Assembly: GCF_001447785.1 (NCBI RefSeq)
Contig: NW_015162489.1
Coordinates: 1,191,618 to 1,255,617 of the forward strand
DNA length: 64,000 nt
Source of the DNA: Gekko japonicus
Taxonomy: Eukaryota
Reading direction: 5' to 3'
Positions within the stretch are counted from its first letter, which is position 1. Every line of letters begins with the position of its first letter. The notes beneath the pieces are model-generated. The model did not search any database, was not told where the DNA came from, and saw only the letters and a program-made list of their open reading frames with translations. Shown here one piece after another: positions 50,261 to 64,000 of the stretch. Both the position numbers and the translations under genes were made by a program.

Positions 50261-53200
50261 TTTCCTCCCCCCCCCTTCCTCCTCCAACAAGTTTAAAGTA
50301 GAACTAAAGAGCTTTATCTTTCAACCCTACCTGTATTTATTTGGAAGTAAATCCTGACAATTTCTATAGTACTTGTTTTCTAATAAGTAGGGTAGTGCTG
50401 CAGAGGCATCATAACCCTTCGTAAAGGCCTGCTTGCTTGGAAGCCAGATCCATTTAGTTCAGTTGAACTTGCTCCTAAGCTCTGCCCAAGTAAATTAACG
50501 TCAGAGTGTAGCCTTAAGCTTCTTACAGAAGTATGGAGTTCTCTGCCTAGCCATTTTTTGGGGGGAAAGCAGGATTCGGTACTGCATATTATATTTTGAG
50601 CAGGAATAGTAAATATGTTCAAGGTTGGCACTTGTGCACAAAATGCTCCAGTGTGGGCATTCTGCATTTTGTGCTTCTGAAGATTTTGTGTGGGAACAGA
50701 CACGCCATGCATTACACACTTGTGCATCTAAAAGCTGCGGATATGTTCCTTTACCACAACTGATCTTCTGGAAATAAACCAGACCAGTTGGTTTTTGCAG
50801 TAAGGGAGGACTGTGGGCTCCGTCAGAGTCTGTGCCTGGCACCAGCCGAGGCTGAAGGAATTCTGAGCATGCAGCCACATCAACGGTCCAATTGTTGAAA
50901 GGCCGTTGAAGCCTGTGTAGAGGGACATTGTTTTAATTCCCAGCTCCAGGCTCCGCTGGTGCAACACATTCTGGAGGATGGTATGTTTGAATATGGAAAA
51001 GTGTCCTTGCCAGGTCTGAAAGAAGCAAGTTTCTCTAATGGGATTTTGGAATAAAACTGGCCGATTTACATTACTGCTATAAGTTAGGATAGTATCAGTT
51101 CTTCAAACAGGAAGCTCTGCAGGGGCAGGGAAAACGAACAAAATTAAGTTTGCTTTTAATGGGTGAGAGAGAAGAATTATCCGTGTAGTGCCACGGCTGT
51201 ACTTTAAACTGAGTCCTCCACTATTAATCCTTCAGTGTCAGCCGGGCTCCAGCTCGGTGGCCTAATAACACTGTGTGCCCAAGTGTGGCAGCTTCATGTG
51301 GAACACAGCAGGGCACGACTTTCTTACATACCTGGTGCTGTGTTAAAATCAGCTCAAAGGTAAACCTTGGACATTTGACCATAGGCTTGTTTGCCTGATC
51401 ATTACAGCCTTTTTAGGTATTCTGACTAGTTTTGTGTTGTGTGATCAAGGGTTCACCAGAGGCTGTTAGTGAATGCCCAGAACAGAGCCACTGCCTAGGA
51501 AGGAACTTGTAATTCTATTATATCTCAGAATCCATGCCTCCCCGTAAACAAATAACTTTGGGTAGCAGAAGGAAGTGGAGTTGAGACCTCGGAGAAATAA
51601 ACAAGGGTGTGTACCCTGACATTTCTTGCATGTGTGACCATATCCCTACAGCCCTAGTCTTTCTGACCTTTATATTAAAAGTCAAGAACTGGTAGCATTA
51701 CACCCTACTAGACAATCCCAATGGCATCTTCCCACACATGCATCTGTGGATTGCATTCATGGGTCACATCTTTCTCCCACTCTGCTGCCCTGCTAGACCC
51801 ATTTGAGCTTGTCTCTTATTGCCTGGGGATGCTTAAACAGTCTCTGTGCCCAGCAAGGCTGGGGAAAATCCCTGCATAGCCACATTTGAGGTCTGCTGCT
51901 CCAGTCACGGCTGGCAGAATAGAGGGACCGTTCGCCTGACCCACTATAAATCAGTTTCTTTTATATTTTTATTGAGACTGTTATGAAAGATGCACTGCCC
52001 CCAAAGGATACACAGAGTAGATATACTTCAAGGTGGAGGTAGCCAGAGAATCAAAATATCCTTGTCATCCCCAGGGACTGTATTATGTGATGCCGGCATG
52101 CCTGTTTTTCCCTCTATCTGAATGTTGAGAATTGTGCTCATCATTGGGAATCTCGCTATTGGTAGTGGCTTGCATTAATTTCATCTTGAGTACTCCATGC
52201 CATTCAGTTGCTGGAAGCCTCAGACCCCGCAGGGGCATATCTTCGTCATGGTCTCTGTGCATCACACCCATAGGATCCAGTGCACCTGAGCTGACCCGAT
52301 TGGTGATGTACAAAGCTCAAAATGGGATTTTCACACCTCCGCCCCCAACATGCGCAGGGGCACCTACCACAGAATGCCTTTGAAAACCTCCCTTTTAACC
52401 TCTTTCCTGATCTAGATAGCTGTATTGTCTGATATATTATGAAAAATATCCTGCAGCTTAATGACAGGCATCGACTGGGGCATGCAGAAGTACATGACCA
52501 ACTAGGTTTGTGTCTCTGGTGACCAGCATAGCTAAGCAGGGTCAGCCTTGGATGAGAGACCATCAAATAATACCAGGGTTGCTACAGAGAGGCAGGCAAC
52601 GGCAAACCACCTCTGAATGTCTCTTGCCTTGAAAACACAGCAGGGTTGCCACAAGTTGCCTGCAACTTGATGGCAAAAGAAAAGTCAGGGTGCCAATATT
52701 TTGCACTTGGCATAAACTGTGCAGATTTGCTAGTTTTATTAAGGTTCTGTACAGAATTCCAGATATTTGGGTAAGGACATGGCTATGAAAGGGTGACAAG
52801 ACAGGATCAAGAACTGACAGTAGTGTGGTTCTGTAGGCAAAATTATAGTCTAAAACAGCTCAAGTCCTGGGCAGCCAGTTCACAGGGCCTAGGTAAGCAT
52901 GGCAGTGCAAACTGTCCACTGTGTCATCTACTTGTGCAGGAGGCTGCATCAGGGTACTGGATATGGCAATAACCTACCCTGAGGCTCTTTTTTTAAAGCT
53001 TTAACAGGGTACCTCTTTTTCACATTCAAACGTTTCTCTGGAGCTATAAGAGACCCAGCTAGAAACTCCAGCAAAATGAAAAGGAGGAACTTTCAGACAC
53101 TACTGTTATATGGCACAAGGAACTCAAACTTGATTCTGCCTTCACCTTGCTATGTGACCATGACCAGGATTGTTTGCCACATTCTGCTTTGTATTTTGGT

Positions 53201-54041
53201 ATCAGGCTTGCCTCTCTTGTGGGCCAGCTCTGCTAATTATAAAATATGTACTGAGCTGCCTCAAATCCATCAGTGCATTACAGCTGAGAAAAGTATACTG
53301 TCTTTGCAATTTGTTTTGTTAACACATCTGCTCTTTTTTTAAAAAAAAACTTGCCTTTTTATGGTCCTCCCAAAATATTGTAGTCAAACCAATAGATATG
53401 CTAAAATATTACCTCATATGTAAGGATTCCACCCCCAGGGAACATATGGTGGCCTAGGCATTGATTGCCTTTAAATAAGCAAGCATCTGCTTCTAATTAC
53501 TGGATCTTACTTGCTGTGTTCATACACACATATATACACAGAGATATTGTCAGTTTGTATATGCAGTACAAGTCTAGTTACACTTACTGTCTGAACCATG
53601 TAAGTTTCTGTGCGTGTTCTGACCTGTCTCTCACCTTTCTTGGGCTGTGAAATGCCTCCCTGTACCCACTCAAGTCTGTGTGAGAGAGGGAGGGGAGAGG
53701 TGGAAAAGAGGGAAAAGGGACCCTGCCCCATCCCCCAAGTTGGCCTTCCACTCAAGCTAGTTATCAAACAGGGCCACAGAAGCATCTGATGCCGAAATAC
53801 TATAACCCATTCTGTGGCATCTTCTACCATTAACCTTACTAACATACTCTCTTCTATCCCTAAAACATGTGCAAACTGAGGTTAAAGGCTCTATTTTCTT
53901 CAACAAGAATTTTTTTTTCTCTCTACCATTTTTCTGGGGTGTAACGAATACATTATTTTTGGATAGCCATCTAACACTAGAGGGAGAATTAGGGTGCAGA
54001 GAAGGCTAAAACACATGGTGATGCTGGGGTCACATCTAGAA

Positions 54042-54318
54042 TCTATATATCTAATAGCTAAGGCGCCCCCTGCATGTGGATATCCTCATCGCTGCTGCTG
54101 GGGGGGGAGGGAGAAAGCTTGGTGTGCAGGCCGGCCTTGCTGCCACCGCTGCTGGGGAGGGAGGGGGGAAGGAGAAAGCTTGGCAGGCCAGCCTTGCTGC
54201 TGCCACTGTGGAGGGAAGGGGGAGGGAGAAAGCTGGGCTCACCTGCTGCCATGTCTCCTGCTTCTGCAGTGGGGAATACTCCCCCCCCCCCCGTGAATAT
54301 CACGGGTCCCGCCTCTTG
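54042..54318 (+). mobile_element. Non-autonomous Helitron, copy 4 (internally deleted, 277 bp)
   Basis: A|TCTATATATCTAATAG ... CCCGTGA-ATA-TCACGGG ... CTTG|T. Confidence 0.75.
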
Positions 54319-56079
54319 TAATTCTCAGACAAGACACACAGGACCCATTTGAACTGAATTCATAGCAAATGTCAAGGATATATTCTTGGATATTATCAAG
54401 ATAAAAATACAAAGACAGTGCATTTAGTTTTATGTAGTCAAGTGATTATTATACTTCATAACTCCAGCAATGTCTTTAACACGGACAAGACACCCTTTTG
54501 TGAAGCAAAAGGTTTTGTGACTTTGGTTGCATTCACTTATCATTGAGTATTGTGCTGTCTTTGCCTTGAGTACAGCTATCACTTGTGGCTGGACTTTCCT
54601 GTACAAAAGACAATCCACCTGCAAATTATTGCTATAGTCAACAACAACACAATATCCAACAAAGTACAGATTCAAGGCATGATTTAATCGTCTAACAGTG
54701 ATCATTTTGTAAAGCAAATTAATTGGCCATGGTAGAGGTGCTCCTAGTGAATATGTACTGAAATGCAAAGTAGTCAAGTTTGGCCTCCATTGTGCCCTTC
54801 AGGACACTGTGTCTTTGGGTAAGATCCATAGGCACAAGAAGAACAGGTCCTCTCCGCGAAGCACTAAGCAAGACACCAAGTGCTCAAAAGCATATCAGTG
54901 ATGGTAAGCAGACCATAGTGAAAGGGACATTTTCTGGCTAGGTTAGGACACGTCTGCAGCAGCCTCCAAAAGAAATCCCTAATATTCTAGATTTCTTGAC
55001 TGTCTGTTTTTAATTTGTGCTCACCCCCGGCATTTCTGTTGGGCCAGTTTACAGTACCACCATTGTGCCTGCTGCTTCACAAAATGCCACTGTTTTCTGT
55101 AATTGCCTGCAGAATAACTAGTTAATTGCAGTACTGCTAACTGTTAGAGCCAAAATAATCTGTTTGTAAAAAGGAAGGCAGGGCTTTGCCTTGAACACAC
55201 CCTTCCACACCTACCTTCTGTGACTCCTCATACCAGTATCTCTGGTCTGACCAGTATTATAATGGATTTCCTGGGAGAAATCTTGAACCAATAGTGTTTT
55301 CCCCAAACCAATGCACTGAAACTGCAGCTTCATGGAGAAGTTTCCTTATTTCCCCTTATCCTAAGAATTGAGCAGCAACACATGAGAGCTTGGCAGGCCA
55401 GCTCTTTAAGGTGCTACTGGAGTCTTACTCTTACCTTCTCACACAGTAATTGCAGTGATGCAATTTTTGGAAGAAAACCACCTTTGCCTCATATCTACCT
55501 AATCCGTACAAAAATGTTCACTAAGAGAAGACCCCTTATCTTACTGAACACATGACCTTACATGCATGTTTTGCAGTATATTATTGTAAAATTGGCTACC
55601 TTGATCACTGTGAGTCATGTGCCCGAGGTGTTATCTAAGGAATCCGACAAAAGGAACTTCAATTCCCAAAAGCTCATACCCTCAAAATCTTGTTGGTCTC
55701 TGAGGTGCCCCTGGACTCAAATCTAGCTGTTCTGCTACAGACCAACAAGGCCACCCTCCCTAATGTTTATCAGCAACAAATAAAGTTTGTAAGTAAAACA
55801 AATATTGTAAAGAACACTGTAAGTCTCTAGTGGCCCCTTATCCAAAAGAAGATATTGCACGTAGCCCTGCTCCTGGAACTTTTTACCACTTAGATCTGGG
55901 CAATAGGTAAAAGTATATCTTATACACATTCATTTTATGGCTTGGAGTGGACTAAGATATGTTTTTGCATGTTTGTGTGGCCAGGTACAATGGGTTGAAA
56001 TTTCATAGTTATAGGGCATGTGATTCATGAGGATTTATTTAGTTTCAGAGAACTGTAGAATTTAAATGGGTGGGGGGAA

Positions 56080-56376
56080 AGCTGTGTGTTTGGTGTAGTG
56101 GTTAAGTGTGCAGACTCTAATCTGGGAGAACCGGGTTTATTCCCCACTCCTCACTTGCACCTGCTGATGTGACCTTGGGTCAGTCACAAGCTTTGGCACA
56201 GCTGTCCTTGAAAAAGGGCAGTTTGTGTTAGAGCTCTCTCAGCCCCACCTACCTCACAGGGTGTCTGTTGTGGGGAGGGGAAGGGAAAGGAGTTTATAAG
56301 CCGCTCTGAGACACCTTTGGGTAGTGAAGGGCGGGGTATAAATCCAATCTCCTCCTCCTCCTCCTTCTTCTTCTTC
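56080..56376 (+). mobile_element. tRNA-derived SINE (Squam3-type)
   Basis: Same family; (CCT)n(CTT)n tail. Confidence 0.8.
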
Positions 56377-57889
56377 AAATCCATTGGCTAAAGACTACTC
56401 TCCCACTGATTTCAATATGAATGTTCCGTTTTGTTCTCTGACACGTTAAATAAGAAACAATTATTAGAGACTCCAGGCAGTGCAAATGTTTTCTAATTAA
56501 GCTAATGGCCGAGATTGTTCTGGAACAGCTGAGGTTGAAGCTAAACATTTATCGTGAACTAGATACTCCATCTTGGGCTAGATGCCCACAGTTAAGTGCC
56601 TAGGACTGTATCTCTGTCCCCATGCTTTCTTCTCTCCCCTCCCCTGTAGGGCTTTGTTTAGCAAACTGGGGCAGGCAGCATCATACCTCCTGTAAGAGCC
56701 TAGCAACCGCCACACATTGCCCTTTATTCCTAGACTGTCAAACTGGCTGGCTAGGCTGGGGCAGATGTGCAACCATCTATGGCAAGCAGGAGCGCCTAAT
56801 AACCAGTTACCTCTCTCTTTTTTTTTACTGATTCCTGGGGAAATACCCCGTCACCCAATGGGTGGACCTGTGTGATATAGTGGACAGACTGTTAGGCTGG
56901 GATTTGAGAGACTCCAGGTTTGAATCCCCACTCTGCCATGGAAGCTTGCTGGGTAAATTTGGGCCAGGCACATGTGGTCAGCCTAACCTACTGCCCAGGA
57001 TTGTGAGAATAAAACAGAGGAGAACAATATATGCTGTTCTGGGTCACTATTGGGGAGAAAGGTAGGGTATAAATGAAGTAAATGTCTTATTTGTGCTGGC
57101 CAAATCTGTAGCTATGGTACATAACAGAAGAGACTCACTAGGCAGCCAGAATGTATATCACAATGATAGCGCACGTAGCTCTCTACACCCCCTTTCTATG
57201 TCCACACCCTGTTCTTATCTGCAGCAAGATTAGTTGAACTCAGCCCTAGAGGTCAGGGTGTATTTAAATAAGTAAGTGAGAGTGTTTTTTTCCAGCCAAC
57301 AGGCAGAGGTTTTTGTTATAGAGTGGAAGCAGGCACTCCAAATCAGTGTAAACATACTTAATGTGATGCAGTCCATTAAATATATTTTTGTTGATATTAT
57401 TTTAATAAAATTGAAATACGTGCCCAGTCATCTCGATGCGTTTGTACTTGTTGGTTAGATCACTGTATGTCTGGGGCAGAATTATGGAAGCCATTCTTCC
57501 CTCCTCCTATATATTTTTGAATAAAAAGTGTTAACCTTTAGTGAGGTGCAGGGTTTAGTGTTGGACTACGATCTTGGAGATTCGGGTCCAAGTCATTCCC
57601 ATTCTTTACATTAACGTTGTAGTAGGGTGACCTTGGGCTAGTCACACAGGTCCACTCAGCCCAACCCACCTCACAGGGTGGCTGTAAGGATAAAATGGGG
57701 AAGGGAGAACCCTGTATGTGTTCCTGGGCTCCTTGGCAGAAAGGTGGGGAAACATTTGCTAGACAGACAGCTAGACAGATTAACTAACGTGGTTGTACAA
57801 GAATCACTATACTCGATTAAGGTGGGACACAAGAGTCGGATTTGGTGTATAAACTGTACACTGCTGGGGTGGGGAGCATTTTGGTGATA

Positions 57890-59000
57890 GGCGACCAGTG
57901 AAGGCTGATTTGCGACCTCTTCGCCCAGGACGGCGACTACTGGGGCGTATTACAGATTGAGTTTCTGCAGCGTGCCGGGAGAGGAGAACTAGGAGAGATC
58001 AGCAGCCCCCTCGGACCGTGCTCGCCCCAGTCATCCATCCCCCCCCCCTCGGTCCGTCGCGAGCTCCTGCCTCTGCGCTTGAACTGCCCCCCCCCCCACG
58101 CCCTTGTTGTCATGCCGGAGCCCCCTCCTCCTCCTCCTCCTCCTCCTCCTTCCACGCGCGCAGCCACGGCCGGCGGGGCGACAGCAGCTTCCTGGCCGGC
58201 TTCTCCCGCTCTCGCTGGATGATGAGTAAGAGGCGAGCTGTGCCTGGGTCGGCGGCGCGGGGATCATGGGCGGAGAAGCCGCAGCCGTGACAGGTCTGAG
58301 CAGAGCCCGGCGGTGTTGCTGGGCGGGAGAAGGAGGAGCCCCCCCCCGGGGGTAGGGGGGGGGAGCCGGGAGAGAACCTGAGCGAAGAAGACACCGGAGG
58401 AGAGGCCCAGCCCCCCTCGGCCAGCCACGGGCAAGGAGCCCCGCCGGGAGCGCACAGCACAGCAGACCCGCCTAGAGCCGCCCGGATCGGAGGTGCGTCC
58501 AGCTTGGCCGGACGGACACCCGCGTCTGCCTGCCTGCCTGCCTCTCCGCCCCATCCATGCCGCTCTCCCGGCCACTGGCTCCCTGAGCCCGGATCCCCTT
58601 CGATGTCGGGTCCCCGAAGCACCTTGCAGGCCTGGTGCCGCCGCCAGTGCGAGGGCTACCCGGGCGTGGAGATCCAAGATTTCAGCAGCTCCTTCCGGGA
58701 CGGCCTGGCCTTTTGCGCCATCCTCCATAGGAATCGGCCTGATTTGCTGTGAGTACGGACGACCGCCCGACCGCCCCACGGGCGTCCCCCTCTCCCCCCA
58801 CCCCACCCCCCGCTACTCCGGGACCAGGCCCAGAAGCCCCGAGCTCGCCTGAGCAACGTACTGGCCCAAGGAGGAACTTGCTGCGGCCGCTGCTGGATAG
58901 AGAACCCGGAGTGCTTCTCCTGGGAGAGTTTGAGGGAAGAGGTGGAGGACGAGGAGGGGGAAAGAGCCCTAGAGTCAAGGGGGGAGGGGGGGGGGAGCCA
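57890..59000 (+). promoter_or_regulatory. CpG island / MICALL1 promoter, 5' UTR and exon 1
   Basis: Very GC/CpG-rich; (TCC)n tract at ~58123-58149. Confidence 0.8.
58603..58748 (+). CDS. MICALL1: MICAL-like protein 1, first coding exon (start of calponin-homology domain); rest of gene lies beyond the window
   Basis: [48 protein letters not shown]; 146 nt, donor CT|gtgagt; synteny downstream of EIF3L. Confidence 0.93.
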
Positions 59001-59634
59001 CAGGTCCAGTAGTAACTGATATGTATGGGAAACCTTGTTGTCACGAATACAGTATGCACAAGGTCACACCCTTCTCCGCAGTAACTGACTCTGCACTCTC
59101 TGATCCAAATTAGATATATTTATTTTTTTTTATTTACTCCATTTATAGTCTGCCTCTCTCAATGAGATTTGAGATTTTACACCTCATCCTCAATTGAAAG
59201 GGTAAGGAGATCGAATTCTTCCTTTGGACACCCATACTGAGTAAAATGGGATGCAAAGGGTGCATTTAAGGGACAGTTGTGCGGATGCAGGGTGTCTCAT
59301 GTATGTGGTACCACTTTTTCCTTCAAACTGTCTACGCTTTTCCCCTTTGTAACTCCTCTTAATCTAGGAGATGGATGGAGCGTAATGGCAGGGTCTCGGT
59401 TAATTACTCTCAGCATTTCACAATTAAGGATACATCTGCCCATCAGTCTCCAATTCTGACATATTTATTTCCTTCACTATGCTTTCCCCAAAATTAAACC
59501 CAAACAAATGGTAACCATATAAACTAAGCTTGTTATTCCTTTTTGGTCCTTGAATCTGTTAAACATCTTCATTATGCTGTATGCTAATTTACTGCTCACC
59601 CTCTACTTATATGTATGGGCTGGTAATTTCCATT

Positions 59635-59860
59635 TATTGTATCTGAAGAAGTATGCGTGCACGCAAAAGCTTCTACCTTGAATAAAACTTAGTTGGCCTT
59701 AAAGGTGCCACTGGACTCAAACTTTGATCTGCTGCTTCAGATCAACATGGCTACCCACCTGAATCTGTCAGTATACCTATGTCTGCCTAGTGGGAACCCA
59801 CTACAGGCATCTGATAAGCTCTGGTCCACAAAAGCTTATACTATACTAAAAACTTGTAAG
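59635..59860 (+). mobile_element. Penelope-derived short repeat (other copies ~232-310, 10510-10657, 15670-15785, 25990-26085, 33072-33700, 36225-36390, 55645-55760)
   Basis: ctgaagaagt..gcac.c.aaagctt....aataaaact..gttgg.cttaaaggtgccactggactc...gctacccacctgaatct; head resembles a hammerhead core. Confidence 0.6.
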
Positions 59861-61610
59861 TATACAATTCCTATTTACTTTTGCTGAAACCCATTAGCAT
59901 GACTGCCTTTCTGGAAATTGTGTCGAATGGATAAGTTATTCCTCCATGATACAGGGGGGAGCTTGTGGAATCTAGTTAGGAGGTCTTAGAGAGATCTACC
60001 CCAGTTTCATCAAAAAGGGCTTGAAGGAATCACACTGAACTCTGAGTCTGGGGTTCCTCTGAGACCACTGACCTCCCTTTCTGCTCCGCTTTGCTTTTGG
60101 CTGATCTTCTGTGACATCATAGTGTCTACTTGGCTTGTTGTTGCCATTGGCTTAGTTGCTGTGATAGCACGGAAGGGCTTGGCAGCTCTTAAAGGGCCTC
60201 ATAGAATTTAAATTCCAAGATCCATGAACAACGTATGGTCGGTTGAACTGCCTCATCCAGGCTAGCACACCATGGGCTTTCCTCTGACACACCTTGCTGG
60301 TTAACCCTTTTGCTAGAACTGGACAGATTGTGCTCCCTGCTTTGCTATGTGATGATAGCATCCTTCCCTTTCATGTCCTGTTTAGTATTATTGTAGCTTT
60401 TCGAACATGTTCTTGCATGTGACTATTAATGTCTCTTCTTCCTTTTATTTTGAGAAGCTCCTGCATTGGCTCAATCAATATGCTTCTTCCTTCCTTATTG
60501 CTATTTATAAATATGTCGTGTGGGAACAAAGCCTCAGAGGATACTGTGTAGGAAACATCAGTTGACAAGGGTGAGAGATGAACGAATGTGACCCAGTTTT
60601 CATCCTTCAGTGTCTCCTTGGACTGCCTGTTATTGGGAAGTTGCATGTGTGTGGTGCTTTGTTATGACCTCATGAAGTAACTGGGAGAATTGTCTGGTGC
60701 TGTTGCAGAGGGGGAAATTCCTCATCCCAGGTTTAGCTCTGATTTCAAGTGATGTTGGTGAGGCAAAGGAGTTCATTTGGAGGACTTCATGCTTGTGCAA
60801 TGTGTCTTGTTTAAACGGCATTGCTTAACAAGCAAGCTAGTGCCACTCCTGCCCCAGCTACTGGCCTGTGGCATATTACCTAAGCAGGGGTACCTGCTTT
60901 ACATGGTAGCTGCCCAGTTTAAAAGAGATGTTGCTTGAGGGCAAAAATATCACAGGTAAGTGCTTATGCCCTGCCAGCATTAAAGCAGTTGTGAGGAACA
61001 TCTATACGCAGACCTCACTGAGATGCCCTCCATCTATCAATAACTCTTATTGCTTTTGTTAAGTAAAACAGAAATAAGCCAGCCGTGCAAATAATGATTT
61101 AAGGCATGTCACCTTCCTTTAGGCCTCTTCATCTGCTGCTCCCCCTTCCCCACCATTTCTACAGGATGGCTTTCAAATTAATCAGTCAGATTCATGGAGG
61201 ATATCAATAGCTATTAGCTGTGGTAGTTAACAATGGCATTTAGTCAGAGTATAGCACTTGTTAACAGATGCTACAGACAAGCAACTGGTAGTAGCTATTT
61301 CCATCTTAAAAGCTTCCCAAGGCATGATTTGGTTGGCCACTTGGAGAGACAAACTGCAGGATTCAATGGATCTTTGGCTAAGTCCCTATCAGTTCTTCTC
61401 ATGAAGTAGCCTCTGGCGAGGCACTAATACCTCACGTGCTACCTGTTGAGTGTGTCTCTCTCTGCAATGTGATAATAATAATAATGCTGGTCTATGTTAT
61501 AAGTTCAGTTCAGTTCTTTATTATTACAGTCATTTGACCAAACACATAACCAGTTTTACAGTTTACACAATAAACAACATTTATAGAATAAAACATGATC
61601 TAATTAAACT

Positions 61611-61953
61611 GCGGTGGCTCAAGTGGTTAAGACGCTGAACTGCAGGCTGTGGAAGGTCAGTAGTTCAGCAGTTCAAGACCCGGGTGCCGCAAGATGGAGT
61701 GAGCTCCCGTCTCTAGTTCCAGCTCCTGCCAACCTAGCAGTTCGAAAGCAAAAAATTGCAAGTAGATAAATAGGTACCACTTCGGTGGGAAGGTAACAGC
61801 GTTCCGTGCGCCTCGGTGTTTAGTCGTGCCGGCCACATGACCACGGAAACGTCTTCGGACAGCGCTGGCTCTTCGGCTTTGAAACGGAGATGAGCACCGC
61901 AACCCTAGAGTCGGATTCGACTGGCTTTCGAGCAAGGGAACCTTTACCTTTAC
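61611..61953 (+). mobile_element. Sauria SINE
   Basis: tRNA head; GCTCCTGCCAACCTAGCAGTTCGAAAGC core; (ACCTTT)n tail; 11-bp TSD CTAATTAAACT. Confidence 0.9.
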
Positions 61954-63224
61954 CTAATTAAACTTAAACCTGGTTACAATACAATTTAACTTAACCTGGT
62001 TACAACACAATTTCCACACGTTATAAGTAAAAGATGAACCAGCCTCATATAATGGCTAGAGTGTCAGAGTAGAACCGGAGAGACTTGGGTTCAAATCCCC
62101 CTGTGTCATGAAGCCGTCTCAGTGCCCTTGACCCAGTCACACACTCTCAGCCTAACTTAGCTCATGGGTTCTTGTGAGGGAGGGGAGAACTGTGTACACC
62201 ACCTTGGGCCAAGAGAAAGATAGAAATAAAACAGATTAGATATGGGTGTATATTTTGTAGATGTTAACTGTGATAAATGACAGGACCTTGAAATATTTGC
62301 CACTCTCTGCTGGTCCCTGTATCGTTTCTGAATTGTTTTCAGAGGTGCCACAGAAAGATTAGTTCTTAGTTAAATCTGCAGGAGAGCAAGCTGCCCATGA
62401 CAAGTGTATAACGAGCAATTTGGACACGGTTCTGTCTGCACAGGGTGGAGAAGGCCTGGTCTGTTGTGTAGGCAGAGCCAAGGGCTTCTCTCAGCTGCCA
62501 CAGACCTTGGGCGTGCAACTGACATATATGGGGACAATGAACGATTCAAATGCTTTTGAAACACATGTGGCAGCTGTTGAGCACATGGCCAGAGACAGCG
62601 TCAGAGCAAGAGGTTCAGAAGAGTTACAGTCAGCAAAGCTGAAATGTGTCTGTTCTTGAAACAGAAATTACTATCCCATTAAGCAGAAATCATTGCCGTT
62701 AAACATCCACAGACGTAAATCTCTTTCCTAGCAGATGGTCTAACTAAGCACTTTGCCGTTAAAGTGGGTGAGCTGTGTTGCAGACTGGAAACACAGGACC
62801 TTACAAGGCCATGGCATGTTAAGAAAGGATTTTTCCAAGCGACATCTAAGGGGAGCGTTGAATCATTTCAACCACTTTAGCATGTCCTGATTTGGAAGCG
62901 GGAGGATCAAAGGCTGGAAAGAAATCGTCAAAAGTCACTCCTTCAGGCAGATCAAAAGCAGACCCTCTCTTCTGAACTGTATTTATAAAGTAGCACAGAT
63001 TATTCATGGGTTCTGGTGGGGACTGTAAATAGCCCACAGTTGCAAGGCCGGGATGGGCCGTTCTATGAAAGATTTAGCGAACCAGAATCAACAGCTCAAG
63101 CCACAGCAAAATTAAGAGACTATGACGTTCTGCACATTCATGTATTCTTAGCTGATGCCCGCGGGTTAGAGAGACCCTATGATCAGGCTGTTATATATTC
63201 TGTGCTAAAAATAAATAAATTGAG

Positions 63225-63461
63225 AGCCGGCATAGTGTAGTGGTCACAGTGTTGCGCTAGGATCTGGGAGACCTGGGTTCAGGTCCCCTTCTCTGCCATG
63301 GAAGCTGGCTGGGTGACCTTGGGCTGTTGCACATTTTCAGCCTAAGCTACCTTGCAGGGTCGTTGCGAAGATGAAATGGAGAAGGGGAGACTGGGGAGAA
63401 TAGGCTGCTTTGGGTCCCCAGTGGGGAGAAAAATGGGGTATAAATGAAGTAAATACATAAA
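63225..63461 (+). mobile_element. Older tRNA-derived SINE (related copies ~19090-19231 -, ~40765-40995 -, ~56865-57083 +, ~57550-57780 +, ~62040-62225 +)
   Basis: A/B-box-like head, gaccttgggc...cagcctaa...ctacc core, ggggtataaatgaagtaaat tail. Confidence 0.7.
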
Positions 63462-64000
63462 TAAGCTCAAATTCTGCAGCCTGTGTAAAATACTTCAAGT
63501 TTATTACTTGGCGCCATTTAGTCTGAATTTTTGTGTATTGTTTTGCTACTATATTCTGCTTCTGCTGCCCAGTGCTATGCAGGGTGTTACCATCCTGCCT
63601 ACTGATCATGGGGAATCTTATTCAGCAATCTCTCTGAGTTGTGAGATTTCAGCTGGTTCCCACATCCTTTCAGCTGTAACTTCTAGATATACTTGGAGGG
63701 CTAGAAATGCTTTCATTAAAAAAAAACACACAATGAAAGTGGATTTTTTGAGGAAGTGGAATTCTGTACCTTAGTATTGCATTCTGTATCTTTTCCTGTT
63801 TGTGTGGGGCACATGCACAGCCTTATTTGTAATAGTAGCAGGCATTGAAATTTTTTTCCACCTGAGTAGTGGTCGGCATCTCAATTGTCTACACCGCTAG
63901 AGTTTATGGAGGCAGGGAATGATGGGCCAAGGCCTTCCAGCTGCATAGGCTCTCCCTGTGTATATTGTGCAGTGCTATGACATAGACAATCTAATGATTG

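Noticed and set aside
50750-51400. Possible enhancer (SOX-like ATTGTT motifs, small hairpin) between EIF3L and MICALL1
   Set aside because: Short motifs are expected by chance; conservation cannot be assessed here.
57937-59059. Multiple overlapping ORFs around MICALL1 exon 1
   Set aside because: Expected in a CpG island; only 58603-58748 has homology and a splice donor.

Overview
Vertebrate genomic DNA. The repeat content (Sauria SINE, Squam3-type SINEs, BovB-like RTE, CR1) points to a squamate, most likely a gecko. The window covers the conserved ANKRD54 - EIF3L - MICALL1 block. ANKRD54 is complete (minus strand, 8 coding exons, 266 aa) and lies head-to-head with a complete EIF3L (plus strand, 13 coding exons, 563 aa). 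Only the first coding exon of MICALL1 is present (CH-domain start, CpG island). Introns and intergenic DNA are dense with mobile elements. Most notable: (1) a 1.6-kb TSD-flanked ORF1-only 'half-L1' (HAL1-like) retrotransposon in EIF3L intron 11; (2) four co-oriented non-autonomous Helitrons with atypical CTTG 3' ends and a GC-rich minisatellite core, two of which contain the window's assembly gaps; (3) a Penelope-like insertion with inverted tails, a 14-bp TSD and a hammerhead-ribozyme fold; (4) 5S-rRNA-headed SINEs with BovB-like tails; (5) a perfect 46-bp-arm hairpin downstream of EIF3L; (6) two substitutions in a normally highly conserved part of eIF3l. Gene and repeat identities come from recognising sequence from memory; no searches were run.
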